Origin: a virus
IMG/VR virus record: IMGVR_UViG_3300027970_000006
Strand: one strand, 5' to 3'
DNA length: 64,000 nucleotides
Numbering within the stretch: position 1 is the stretch's first letter; each line of letters starts with the position of its first letter. Positions 30,481-40,491 of the stretch are shown here, piece after piece. Both the position numbers and the translations under genes were made by a program. Under the pieces are notes generated by a model, which was not told the origin of the DNA, did no database searches, and saw only the letters and a program-made list of their open reading frames with translations.

Positions 30481-30924
30481 TTAATTAATAAATCTTTTTT
30501 TACTCTCTCCATCATAGATTTTTTTTCTAAGGTTTGTTGTTGAGTAATTATGATCACGTTTATTGTATATAATTCTAATACCCCTTTTTTGGCAAATACT
30601 TTTTGCTGTATAATTTTTGTCTTTATAATCCTCACCAATTATTCTAACATCTAAATCCAAAGAACTAAAAAGTTCCTCTAGTTCTTCTTCATCGTTGTAG
30701 GGGATTATCTTATCAACATATTTAACCGCATCCAATTGCAAGTATCTTTCTACAAGAGATTGGATTGGTTTATTTTTTTCTTTTCTATCTATTGTTGGAT
30801 CGTTTTGTAATGCACATATTAAATAATCGCAATGTTTCTTACATTCTTCTAACATAATAATGTGACCGGTGTGTAGTAAATCAAACGTGCTACAGGTTAT
30901 TCCTACAATTTTATTATTTTCCAT
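30481..30924 (-). CDS. tagD: Glycerol-3-phosphate cytidylyltransferase-like (TagD family)
   Basis: TFDLLHTGH (HxGH), ER...L.AVKYVD, YSTT.LR. Confidence 0.8.
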   Translation of the reverse strand: MENNKIVGITCSTFDLLHTGHIIMLEECKKHCDYLICALQNDPTIDRKEKNKPIQSLVERYLQLDAVKYVDKIIPYNDEEELEELFSSLDLDVRIIGEDYKDKNYTAKSICQKRGIRIIYNKRDHNYSTTNLRKKIYDGESKKRFIN

Positions 30925-31888
30925 AATATTCTAACCAAAATTCAATCATTTCATTTAACATTGTTTCAAATGTGTACTCAGGTTCCCACCCCAATTGGGA
31001 TCTAATTTTTGTTGAGTCACCTTTCAAATAATCAAGTTCTTCAGGTCTTATAAATTTTTGATCCAAACTTATATATTTTGTATAATCTAAATCTAATTTT
31101 TCAAATACATACTCAACCATATCCCTTACTGAATGTGTAACCATTGTTGAAACAACAAAGTCATCAGGAACATCGTTATTTATAATTAAATGCATTGCTT
31201 TGACATAATCTTTTGAGTGACCCCAATCACGGTAAGAATCCAAATTACCTAAAACTAATTTATCGTTTAACCCAAGTTTAATTTCAACCGCGGTTTTAAC
31301 AACTTTATTTGTAACAAAATTTGATCCTCTTCTTGGTGATTCATGGTTAAATAAAATACCATTTGATGCATGTAATTTATATGCTTTTCTGTAGTTTCTT
31401 ACAATATTATATCCAAACACTTTTGAACAACCATATGGTGATACTGGTGTCATAGTTGTTGTTTCTCTTTGGAACCCATCCCCATCAACTGAGCTGCCAA
31501 ACATTTCTGATGAACTCGCTTGATAAAATCTGGATTGTGGACAAGCCCTTCTATATGCTTCTAAAATGTTAATGACCCCGATTGCGTTTGTTTGAACAGT
31601 AAATTGTGGGATATCATAACTAATTCTAACGTGACTTTGAGCTGCCAAATTATATATTTCATCTGGTTGTATATCACTTAATAATCTTTCTAAACTACCT
31701 TGATCTAAAAGGTCACCATAGTATATGTGTAATTTATTTCTAATTTCATCGGTTAATCTACTTTGTTGGTTTTCAGGAACTGAATTTCTACGAATAATAC
31801 CATGAACTTCATAACCTAAATCTAACAAATATTCAGATAAGTAAGATCCGTCCTGTCCGTTTATCCCTGTAATAAATGCTTTTTTCAT
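30914..31888 (-). CDS. gmd: GDP-mannose 4,6-dehydratase
   Basis: ITGINGQDGSYL, YNLAAQSHV, YQASSSEMFG, SPYG.SK, GILFNHESPRRG, RDWGH. Confidence 0.95.
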   Translation of the reverse strand: MKKAFITGINGQDGSYLSEYLLDLGYEVHGIIRRNSVPENQQSRLTDEIRNKLHIYYGDLLDQGSLERLLSDIQPDEIYNLAAQSHVRISYDIPQFTVQTNAIGVINILEAYRRACPQSRFYQASSSEMFGSSVDGDGFQRETTTMTPVSPYGCSKVFGYNIVRNYRKAYKLHASNGILFNHESPRRGSNFVTNKVVKTAVEIKLGLNDKLVLGNLDSYRDWGHSKDYVKAMHLIINNDVPDDFVVSTMVTHSVRDMVEYVFEKLDLDYTKYISLDQKFIRPEELDYLKGDSTKIRSQLGWEPEYTFETMLNEMIEFWLEYYGK

Positions 31889-31905
31889 TTGTTTTTATTT
31901 GTTGT

Positions 31906-32505
31906 TTATTTATTAAAAATTTTCATTTGTGTTAAATCGGGCCAATCATTAACTGACCATTTTTTAGGTACTGTGTTAATTGCGTTCTCTAATTTTTCTA
32001 ACCCTAACTTTGCAGTTTCAGGTGTCATATAATAATGATACCCTATTGTATCAATATTTTGGTCTCTCCAAGGAATATTAGGTAATCTACCATCATAAGA
32101 CATTTTCTTTAAGATAAGATAATCTTCCTCATTATCAAGTAAAATCACTCCACCCCTACCTAATGAAAGATGTTTTTGATATTGGAAGCTGACACACATA
32201 AATGTGTTAGGGATATAACTATCTTTTCTCCATAATACCGCAGCATCAATAATTATCTTATCCCCATAATTTAACGTATAATAATCTTCCCACTCTTCAT
32301 CTCTCCATTCTCTTTCTAATCCCATTTTTTCGGCTAAAAATGGAACAGATAGGTATGTTCTTTTTGGTACGGATATCTTTTTTTCTTTAGTATATCTCAA
32401 ACATAACTCAATTCCATGAGTACAACTATCAACCGCAATTGCGTATTTAGACCCAAAAAAATTAGAAATACGATTTTCAAATTCGGAAACAACATTAAAA
32501 TTCAT
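31906..32505 (-). CDS. Short DegT/DnrJ/EryC1/StrS-family aminotransferase
   Basis: YAIAVDSCT, IIDAA, SFQYQKHL..GRGG (catalytic Lys kept), GY.YYM. Confidence 0.8.
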   Translation of the reverse strand: MNFNVVSEFENRISNFFGSKYAIAVDSCTHGIELCLRYTKEKKISVPKRTYLSVPFLAEKMGLEREWRDEEWEDYYTLNYGDKIIIDAAVLWRKDSYIPNTFMCVSFQYQKHLSLGRGGVILLDNEEDYLILKKMSYDGRLPNIPWRDQNIDTIGYHYYMTPETAKLGLEKLENAINTVPKKWSVNDWPDLTQMKIFNK

Positions 32506-32611
32506 TTTTTATTTTTTTAAATTTTGTATCACAAAAATAAATTTTGAGAATATACCTCCCGCCGATACGTTTAAAATAAATCTATCCATTTTTAAGTAAT
32601 CTTTTTGATAA

Positions 32612-33478
32612 TTATATTATTTTGTTACCTTCCATTTCTTTTGTTAACACCTCAGGATTACTCTTACAAACTCCCAATTCTTCGGTATCACTAATAAAGG
32701 TTTTAAAAATGTAGTCCTCCGCATGAGGAAAGTCAATGGATCTTTTAAAGTTATCTATTACCGCATCCATTTTACTATAATAAAGTTCAAATGACAGATC
32801 TTCAATTTTAAAATTGTCGTCTAATATTATTATCCCATCCGTATTAAAGTAATCGCCAATATTACTAATCCCATAATAAATTGGAATCGTTCCTGTCATA
32901 AAACAATCTGTAATTTTTTCCGTAAACATATTTGAATATGTTGCGTTCTCCATTGCAAATGAAAAACAATAATCTTTTAGCCCATCTTCTTTATTATTTA
33001 TGGGGTTATAACCTCTACTAAAATGATCACATTTATTGGAAAATTTTTTAATAATTTTTTGCCTATAAATGTGTTCAGAACACATGGTTTTGTTTGATGC
33101 AATCATAGAAACCAATTTAGTTTTTGGATATATTTCACCGTGAGATAAAAAAGATTTGGCACTACATTGTGTAAGTTGGAAAATATCCGATAATTTAGAT
33201 AACTCAACGTCGTGAGTAAAAACTTTTTTAAATTTATTTTTTAAAAGTTCAATATTTTTTTCTACCCAATTATATGTATTCGGGGTAATTGTTTTTGATT
33301 CGCATAACCACCCATAGTTTTTTGTCTTTGGATTAGTTGGGGTGTGTAACCCATTATCAATGTGTATTGATATTGGTGCCGACCCATCTTTTACCCACTC
33401 AACAAATTTTGGAGGTAAATCATTTGTTGATATGGTGTGTTGAAAACATCCACCAACCATATTAATTTTAGTCTTCAT
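32612..33478 (-). CDS. Glycosyltransferase family 10 (alpha-1,3/4-fucosyltransferase-like)
   Basis: Y.FSFAMEN......FTEKI.DCF..GTIPIYYG. Confidence 0.85.
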   Translation of the reverse strand: MKTKINMVGGCFQHTISTNDLPPKFVEWVKDGSAPISIHIDNGLHTPTNPKTKNYGWLCESKTITPNTYNWVEKNIELLKNKFKKVFTHDVELSKLSDIFQLTQCSAKSFLSHGEIYPKTKLVSMIASNKTMCSEHIYRQKIIKKFSNKCDHFSRGYNPINNKEDGLKDYCFSFAMENATYSNMFTEKITDCFMTGTIPIYYGISNIGDYFNTDGIIILDDNFKIEDLSFELYYSKMDAVIDNFKRSIDFPHAEDYIFKTFISDTEELGVCKSNPEVLTKEMEGNKII

Positions 33479-33995
33479 TATATCCTAATAATTTAGCATT
33501 TTCAATAATCCTTGTTGGGTTTATTTTTTTAACCAAAATAGCTGGGTTACCCTTATAAACACCCCATTCTTCAGTGTCTCCAATCAGTAAACTTCTGGCG
33601 GTTAATAACACGCCTTTTCTAAGTGTTGATCCTGGTAAAACAATCGCATTTGTCCCAATATTTGAAAATTCCTCCATTACAACAGGTTCAATAATTTGAG
33701 TGCCTTTTAATTCATTTGGGATCATTGCTCCAAATAATCCACTATCATCAAATCTATCTGACCCACAAATAATTCTAGCTCCGGCCATTATATTATTAAA
33801 TCCTTTTGCGGTAAAAGAACTATTTTTACCTCCAATAATTGTAACATATGGACTAATATGGACATAATCGCCTATTGTTACATTTGTTGAACAATAAACA
33901 CCTTTATCAATTGCAACGTGCGAACCGATTATTAGCAAATCTTGTTTTGACACTACATCATCGTGAACAATAACATCTTTACCTGTTATTTTCAT
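33468..33995 (-). CDS. Hexapeptide-repeat (LbH) sugar acyltransferase
   Basis: IGDYVHI, IGTNAIVLPG, GVYKGNPA. Confidence 0.85.
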   Translation of the reverse strand: MKITGKDVIVHDDVVSKQDLLIIGSHVAIDKGVYCSTNVTIGDYVHISPYVTIIGGKNSSFTAKGFNNIMAGARIICGSDRFDDSGLFGAMIPNELKGTQIIEPVVMEEFSNIGTNAIVLPGSTLRKGVLLTARSLLIGDTEEWGVYKGNPAILVKKINPTRIIENAKLLGYNED

Positions 33996-34606
33996 TATAA
34001 TAAATCTTTAAATTTAGAATTAATCATTTCATCAATGTTAACCTCATTTGATTTTGTTTTAAACATGCCAGAGTTTAAGTGAATATTATCAATTGAATAA
34101 TAATTATCGTAGTTGTTCATATCACTAACAATGAAATGAAAAAGTGTTTTAAATTCAAAATTTTTAATTTTAGACATTTCTTCTAATTTGTCATTAAATA
34201 ATTGTGTAATTATATTTCTTTCATTTTTGGTTTTATAACTCATAGCCCCATTTCCTTGTATGCTATTATTAGAACCTGAAGGTATTGGACCCCAAACACC
34301 TACTTTATACCCTGAATTTATAAAATGGTCTAAAAATAAACAATATCTATCAACACATTCTATAACAACATCTTCATATGTTCTATTATTATTATCGGCA
34401 ACAAACCCTAAATGACACCTAGCATCAATTTCACCAAAAGAAAAGAATATATAATCCGAATTTTTGTTTATAGGGTTAGACAATAAAAAACTATCTATTT
34501 GTGAAATTTTTTTTATGTTTTGATATGCCGTTGGTGCCGTCAGCCACAATTTAACATATGAATCATTAAATGATTGTACGTGACTATCTCCTACTAAATA
34601 AATCAT
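33995..34606 (-). CDS. SGNH/GDSL hydrolase-like protein
   Basis: VGDSH, FGEID.R, D.IHL. Confidence 0.75.
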   Translation of the reverse strand: MIYLVGDSHVQSFNDSYVKLWLTAPTAYQNIKKISQIDSFLLSNPINKNSDYIFFSFGEIDARCHLGFVADNNNRTYEDVVIECVDRYCLFLDHFINSGYKVGVWGPIPSGSNNSIQGNGAMSYKTKNERNIITQLFNDKLEEMSKIKNFEFKTLFHFIVSDMNNYDNYYSIDNIHLNSGMFKTKSNEVNIDEMINSKFKDLL

Positions 34607-34612
34607 AATTTT

Positions 34613-35230
34613 TTATTTTTTACCCCATGATTCCCAAACAAATGGATAATCAAAATTTATTTTAAATTCATTATCCAATAAATTATTACGGATTTTTTCT
34701 CTTCTTTCTATATCACCCTCAATCCCCAAATGAAATTGGATTTGTATGTTTTTAAATTTGTTAATTGATCCGGTTGATATCATATTTTCTAATAATGGAT
34801 ATTCGTCACCCTCAATATTAATCTGAATTAGGTCAACATACTCTAACCCAAAATTATTTAATATAGTGTCAATTGTGTTAAATTTAACATTTACCCCATC
34901 CCCATTAATTAAATTAGATGATGACCCATCTCCACCCATATAAATAACCCCATCTTTATCTTCAATACCTGCACCAACATTTAATAATCTTACTTTAGGG
35001 TTATTTGCGAATTTGGATACCATTCCATCATAAAAACTATGTATTGGTTCTAAGATATAAACATTTGGATTATATTTATCTACCATTTGTTGTGCCCAAA
35101 CCCCAGTATATCCACCCAAATCCATAATGATTGAGTTTTCATTTAAATCGTATGTTATGTTATGGGTATAATCTCCCCTATCATTAAACCATCTACCTAT
35201 CTCATTACTATTTAAAGTTAAATTACTCAT
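34613..35230 (-). CDS. FkbM-family methyltransferase
   Basis: IMDLGGYTG, EP, VDLIQINIEGDEY, QIQFH. Confidence 0.85.
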   Translation of the reverse strand: MSNLTLNSNEIGRWFNDRGDYTHNITYDLNENSIIMDLGGYTGVWAQQMVDKYNPNVYILEPIHSFYDGMVSKFANNPKVRLLNVGAGIEDKDGVIYMGGDGSSSNLINGDGVNVKFNTIDTILNNFGLEYVDLIQINIEGDEYPLLENMISTGSINKFKNIQIQFHLGIEGDIERREKIRNNLLDNEFKINFDYPFVWESWGKK

Positions 35231-35642
35231 TTGTTATAAATTTTTTATCAAGTGATTGTCCTTCATAAGGACCAGTTTTATATTCATATACGATTGTATT
35301 ATCTTCTAAAATTTCATAAGTGTGACCACCGTAAAGTGTGAAACTAGCATCTCCAGCTTGGAGTATTGGAGTCGCAATAATTGTGTCATCAATATCAAAT
35401 AAAATACATCTAACACTACCTTTAATAACAACCCAAGATTCTTGAGCAATTTGTTCCGTATAGTGTCTATCTTTAGTAATATGTTTATGTGGTGGAAATG
35501 TTTTATCTTTTTCCATCTTTAATGTTGCACATTGAATAAAATTATCTTCAGGTATAACTTCTGTTCTACCATTGATTTCATCCAACCTATTAATTACGTG
35601 TAATAGTTTGTCTGTTTCTACTTTTGAGTATATTTTTTCCAT
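35223..35642 (-). CDS. Cupin (WbuC-like) protein
   Basis: PHKH...QE..VVIKG...GGH......YEYKTGPY. Confidence 0.75.
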   Translation of the reverse strand: MEKIYSKVETDKLLHVINRLDEINGRTEVIPEDNFIQCATLKMEKDKTFPPHKHITKDRHYTEQIAQESWVVIKGSVRCILFDIDDTIIATPILQAGDASFTLYGGHTYEILEDNTIVYEYKTGPYEGQSLDKKFITNE

Positions 35643-35645
35643 TTC

Positions 35646-36434
35646 TTATTTGTTAAGGTTTATCCATTCTGATGGGAATAGTGTTGATATATTAAGGTGG
35701 GCATTTGATGACCCAAACCATTTATTTGTTGTAATTACTTTCTTGTCTTTATTTGGATTTAGATATGCTGCCCACCAACTGAATGTGCTATTACAAATTA
35801 TGTTATCTTTACATAAACTCATCGTATATAAATCTAACCAATCTTTACCCGAAGTATAGAATATTTTATTGGGTAAATAATCAAACATATTTTTAACCCC
35901 ATCTAAATCATCACTAAAAATTAAAAAAGTATTATTTATACCAATAATTTTTGCCGCCTCTTTATAATATTCTTCAGATTGTTGTGGGTGATGATTTGGG
36001 TATTTTAAATAATCACCTCTTCTAATATGTATAGAAACATAATTATTAACTTCAGGTAAACTTTTTAATATCTCATTTTTAATTTCTTCCGTAGGTTTAA
36101 AAATATCTATAATAGTTTGTTTATTATTTATAAAATATTTTTCACTCTGAAAGTACCCATCTAATAGTAAATTAATTCCTTTATTGTATTTTATTTCTTG
36201 GTAATTAAATTGGGTTTCAGTATGAACAAAATAATTTTGTGGCAACCTATCAATAAAATTAAAATTTCTTAAAATATTATTATCATAATTTTTATAATCA
36301 GGATCGATAGGTCTTATAAATTCTTTAGAAAAAACATAATCAACCCCATTATCAATTGACATACTGATTGATGCCGCAAGTTTAAACATTACATTACCAA
36401 TACCACCCCGATGATTTGTTGTTATAAAATTCAT
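35646..36434 (-). CDS. Glycosyltransferase family 11 (alpha-1,2-fucosyltransferase-like)
   Basis: GGIGN.MF, GYFQSEKYF, HIRRGDY, FSDD, NSTFSWWAAYL. Confidence 0.92.
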   Translation of the reverse strand: MNFITTNHRGGIGNVMFKLAASISMSIDNGVDYVFSKEFIRPIDPDYKNYDNNILRNFNFIDRLPQNYFVHTETQFNYQEIKYNKGINLLLDGYFQSEKYFINNKQTIIDIFKPTEEIKNEILKSLPEVNNYVSIHIRRGDYLKYPNHHPQQSEEYYKEAAKIIGINNTFLIFSDDLDGVKNMFDYLPNKIFYTSGKDWLDLYTMSLCKDNIICNSTFSWWAAYLNPNKDKKVITTNKWFGSSNAHLNISTLFPSEWINLNK

Positions 36435-36437
36435 AAA

Positions 36438-37067
36438 TCACTTTATCAACCATTTATAATCTGTAACCTTATTTTCTATATCGCTAAAACTAACTCTTTG
36501 GGTTGCAATTACAGGGTAAAAAGAATAAACATTTAATGATTTTTGTAATTCAGCGTATATCACATCTAATGCGTTATCGTATTTTTTTAATCTTTCTAAT
36601 ATGACATTAAATGATTTTTTATTTATTGCAACGCAATGAGTACTAAATGTGTTATGTAATTTGCAAACCTTTTCATTTACTATTACTGGTGGATTTATTC
36701 CCATATGTGTATTATGGTTTCCCCCAAAATATAACATATCCCAATCTTTTGGTAACATATTAAAATACTCGTCCATGTCCTCAACTTGTTTTTCAAACTC
36801 AACGTCGTCCTCTAATATTAATATTGAATTATAATCATTTTGAATTGATTCCTCTAATATTTGTATGTTTGTTAAAACTAATGCCAACCTTGATGGTGTC
36901 ATAAAACCTGATGAGGTTTGGTTTAACTCTTTTCCGTCTACAGCTTTAAATCTATTAACGTTTGTTAGTTTGTTTTTTTCAAATTCAACAACACATTCAC
37001 TCCACCTATCTGGTCTACGATCTAAATTTACGCAATATGTTTTATCAAAAAATTCTGTTATTTTCAT
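36438..37067 (-). CDS. Glycosyltransferase family 25
   Basis: VNLDRRPDR, F.AVDG, LILEDD, WDMLYFG. Confidence 0.88.
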   Translation of the reverse strand: MKITEFFDKTYCVNLDRRPDRWSECVVEFEKNKLTNVNRFKAVDGKELNQTSSGFMTPSRLALVLTNIQILEESIQNDYNSILILEDDVEFEKQVEDMDEYFNMLPKDWDMLYFGGNHNTHMGINPPVIVNEKVCKLHNTFSTHCVAINKKSFNVILERLKKYDNALDVIYAELQKSLNVYSFYPVIATQRVSFSDIENKVTDYKWLIK

Positions 37068-37627
37068 TAGTGATTTATGTTATAATATATTTCAGGTGTT
37101 ACAACCCAATTATTGGTTAAAGATTTTAATTTAACTATAAAATCAAAATCTTCACCATCTCTATTATTGTCAAATAATAAATTTTCAAATTTGTTTTTAA
37201 AACAAAATGATATTCCTACTTGACCAAATTTTATTTGGTCACTTGTTAGTGGTGGTAATACAATTCCATTTTCATAAACCATTCTCCAAAGAACAAAGTC
37301 AAAATTAGAATACTTTGTAAAAAGATCCTCAACGTATTTATGATGAATTGAATCGTCATCGTCTAAAAAGCCAATCCATTCTGTATTAACCAATTTTATT
37401 CCTTCATTCCTTACTAAACCTGATTTTCCATGATGACCACTAAAACCACCAAGTTTATCAATTTTTATTGTTTTAATTCTATCGTCATTAAAAGAAATGC
37501 CATCAACACCATCATAAACAATAATACATCTCCAATTTGTATTTGTTTGGTTCAATAATGAATCAATAGTTCTATCTAATGTGGGTCTGTTTAATGACGG
37601 TATAATAAATGTAATTTTTTCCTCCAT
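37067..37627 (-). CDS. Glycosyltransferase family 2
   Basis: IIPS..R, RN.G, FLDDDD, GED. Confidence 0.85.
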   Translation of the reverse strand: MEEKITFIIPSLNRPTLDRTIDSLLNQTNTNWRCIIVYDGVDGISFNDDRIKTIKIDKLGGFSGHHGKSGLVRNEGIKLVNTEWIGFLDDDDSIHHKYVEDLFTKYSNFDFVLWRMVYENGIVLPPLTSDQIKFGQVGISFCFKNKFENLLFDNNRDGEDFDFIVKLKSLTNNWVVTPEIYYNINH

Positions 37628-37628
37628 A

Positions 37629-39125
37629 CTACTTTTTAAATAGTTTATTATAATTTTTATTTATAAACGGTAATAAAGTGTTGTTATAATCGTAAGACTC
37701 TTTATTTCTTGACTCAACACTTTTACCTCTGGTTTGACTTTCAAAATGATACGACACCAAACTACCATCATAATAATTTTTAAATCCTAAAAGTACACAA
37801 GAAAGGTTCAATTCAACATCTTCAAAACAAACGGTGTATTTTTCATTAAATCCTCCAATTTTATTAAACAAGATTTTTCTTATCATCATTAACGCCGCGG
37901 TATTTCCATAAACATCTTTTGTTCCGGTTGTGTATAAATAATATGACCCAAGATTGGCGTGTGTTAGCGTTAAATTTTGATCACCTCCTAACCCAAATAT
38001 AATTCCATCGTGTTGTATTGTGTTATCTTCAAAATGTAATCTACACCCAACCGTCCCAACTCTAGATTTTTCTTTAAAAAGTTTTAACATGCCATAAATC
38101 ACATTATTCAATATTTTAATGTCATTATTACAGAATAATAAAAATTCGTAATCTTCATTTACATGATTTTTAACAACATCGTTGTTAATTTTAGCAAAAT
38201 TGTAATAATCGTATTCAATTAAATTAACATTGCCTAATGGTAAAATTTGAGATTTAATTTGATTTTTTTCATCATCTGTTGACCCGGTGTCGGCAATGAA
38301 AATTTCAAAATAGTCTTGATTACAGTGGTCATAAAAAGACTTAACACAATCATATAACATATCAACATTACCCTTTGTTGGTATTATTATTGCAACTTTA
38401 CCAATATTTTTTATTGGTTTTTCTTTAATAAGTGGAACGAAGATTTCAGAGGGTTTTAAATCTAAAGGTAATTTATCTTTCCATTTCTCAACAAACTTAT
38501 CTTTGCTCATCCAAAATTCATCATTTGGTTTTCCAACAGATTCATGGGTGATATCAAAAGAAGATGTTACCCCAATTTTAATTCCGTCCAAATAATTTGG
38601 AACACAAAACCCATGATCGTAAAAATGGAACTTCCCAATCGTCTCATCAAAGTTGTGTTTGATTTTTGTTTTATCAAAAGAAATGAACAATCCATCAATG
38701 GTCACCACTGGAATTAAACTATCCATTTTTATTGAATACCTGTTAATCCATTTTTTTTGACCTTCAGGGTGGTGATAAACTTGACCCACCATTGTTTGAT
38801 TCATTCTTTCCCAATAAACACCAGACTCAGGAAAATAACAAGACCCTGCTTTCCCAATTATACTGAATTCGGGGTTATTAGAAAAATCATCTAAGAGTTT
38901 TTTACCCCACCCTTTTTCAAGTTTTATGTCGTTATGACAACAAACTACAATATCATATATTGATTCGGTAATTCCTGAATTATAAAGTTCCGATAATGAA
39001 AATTGGTTATGATTTTCATATTCCAATATTTGAACGTCTTTAACCCCAACGGTATTTAATAAATGTTGTTGGAATTTTTTATTGTAATCTTGATCTTTAT
39101 GTGTTGAGTAAATTATCGTTATCAT
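37629..39125 (-). CDS. Two-domain GT-A (GT2-like) glycosyltransferase
   Basis: CHNDI and FHFYD in the N-domain; IIIPT, FCNND, FEDV, H.ESQTRG in the C-domain. Confidence 0.85.
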   Translation of the reverse strand: MITIIYSTHKDQDYNKKFQQHLLNTVGVKDVQILEYENHNQFSLSELYNSGITESIYDIVVCCHNDIKLEKGWGKKLLDDFSNNPEFSIIGKAGSCYFPESGVYWERMNQTMVGQVYHHPEGQKKWINRYSIKMDSLIPVVTIDGLFISFDKTKIKHNFDETIGKFHFYDHGFCVPNYLDGIKIGVTSSFDITHESVGKPNDEFWMSKDKFVEKWKDKLPLDLKPSEIFVPLIKEKPIKNIGKVAIIIPTKGNVDMLYDCVKSFYDHCNQDYFEIFIADTGSTDDEKNQIKSQILPLGNVNLIEYDYYNFAKINNDVVKNHVNEDYEFLLFCNNDIKILNNVIYGMLKLFKEKSRVGTVGCRLHFEDNTIQHDGIIFGLGGDQNLTLTHANLGSYYLYTTGTKDVYGNTAALMMIRKILFNKIGGFNEKYTVCFEDVELNLSCVLLGFKNYYDGSLVSYHFESQTRGKSVESRNKESYDYNNTLLPFINKNYNKLFKK

Positions 39126-39131
39126 ATTTTT

Positions 39132-39818
39132 TTAACTATTTTTATAATCTATTAATTTCGGTAATACTAAATTAAGATAACGTTTAAATTCATTTTCATC
39201 CATAATACCTTTAAAAGAATTAACATTAAACGAACACATAACTAAATTATCTTTAGTGTATCCTAATTTTGGGTCTAACCTTTCTATTGAGATGCTATTA
39301 AAGTTGAGAGTCCCTTTATTATGTGTAATATCAATACCAGTATAATAACATTTGCCGTTTTGTAAATTATAGATATTAAATAGGTCTCCTTTCAATAAAT
39401 CAAATGGTACATTTTGTAGTTGACATTTTTTTCTTAGGGATGGTAATTTACTATTAAAATAATGTTCTAATGAATTTTTATAACTTTCAGACTTCTTTTT
39501 ATACCCTTTTTTGACACATTCATATTTAGAAAAACATTCCTTACAAACTTTTTGGTATCCGTCATAACTTGACCTATTTTTGGAAAACTCTTCAGTTAAT
39601 TTAAATTCTTTACATTTAAAACATTTCTTTTTTCCATCAATAATTGGTTTACACCTGTGTTTTGATTTAGAATATGTAAATTTTTTATTTGCAACCATAC
39701 CACATGATAAACAAACACATTTCACCGGTTTTTGACTACCATAAGTCAATCCATTTGAGTAGTATCCAAATTCATTAAATGTTAATTGTTCATTAATTTG
39801 CCACTGACCATAACTCAT
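39132..39818 (-). CDS. Putative HNH-type homing endonuclease with zinc ribbons (start ATG 39818; track 39908)
   Basis: CLSC, CFKC...F......CKEC, QNGKCYYTG, SIERLD...GY..DN...C...N. Confidence 0.7.
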   Translation of the reverse strand: MSYGQWQINEQLTFNEFGYYSNGLTYGSQKPVKCVCLSCGMVANKKFTYSKSKHRCKPIIDGKKKCFKCKEFKLTEEFSKNRSSYDGYQKVCKECFSKYECVKKGYKKKSESYKNSLEHYFNSKLPSLRKKCQLQNVPFDLLKGDLFNIYNLQNGKCYYTGIDITHNKGTLNFNSISIERLDPKLGYTKDNLVMCSFNVNSFKGIMDENEFKRYLNLVLPKLIDYKNS

Positions 39819-39879
39819 AATATTTATATTTTGTTTTTTATTTAAATATAAATACTTGATAAATAAAAAAGGATTTAAT

Positions 39880-40491
39880 CTAAAACAAATTTGTTGACCC
39901 AAAACCATTATCGTTTCTATCTTTATTTTCTAATTTATTTTTTTCAACAAAGTTAATCCATTTACCTGAAACTACTGGACATAAAACCGCTTGAGCAATT
40001 TTTTGACCCTTCTCAATTTTAACTTTATTTTTTGTTGTGTTAAATAAAATAACTTTAATTTCCCCCAAATATCCTTGATCAATTGTTCCTGGAGAATTCA
40101 AAACCATAAGTCCTTGTTTTAAAGCCAAACCACTTTTTGATCTAACTTGAATTTCATATCCATCAGGAATATCAAAATGAAGACCAGTTGAAATTAGTTC
40201 CCTATCAAACGAATGAATCCACTTATCTTCGGTTGAATATAAATCAAAACCCGAATCTGATTCATAAACATGCTTTGGATTAACGGAATCTACATTAGAT
40301 TTAACAAATTCTAAATCAATTTTTGGTAAGTATTCTTCCATTTCTTGTTCTAACTCTGGAATATCTAATCCAAAAGTTTTCATTATCAGATCATAATCAA
40401 TATCATCATCTTCTTTATTGGTCATGGAATCTAATATTTCTCTAATATCGTTCATATCTTTTTCAGATATATCATCAAACTCTTCGCTCAT
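39880..40491 (-). CDS. dut: dUTPase with acidic N-terminal extension
   Basis: SGFDL, RSKSGLA, NSPGTIDQGY.GE, IAQ, R...GFGST. Confidence 0.93.
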   Translation of the reverse strand: MSEEFDDISEKDMNDIREILDSMTNKEDDDIDYDLIMKTFGLDIPELEQEMEEYLPKIDLEFVKSNVDSVNPKHVYESDSGFDLYSTEDKWIHSFDRELISTGLHFDIPDGYEIQVRSKSGLALKQGLMVLNSPGTIDQGYLGEIKVILFNTTKNKVKIEKGQKIAQAVLCPVVSGKWINFVEKNKLENKDRNDNGFGSTNLF

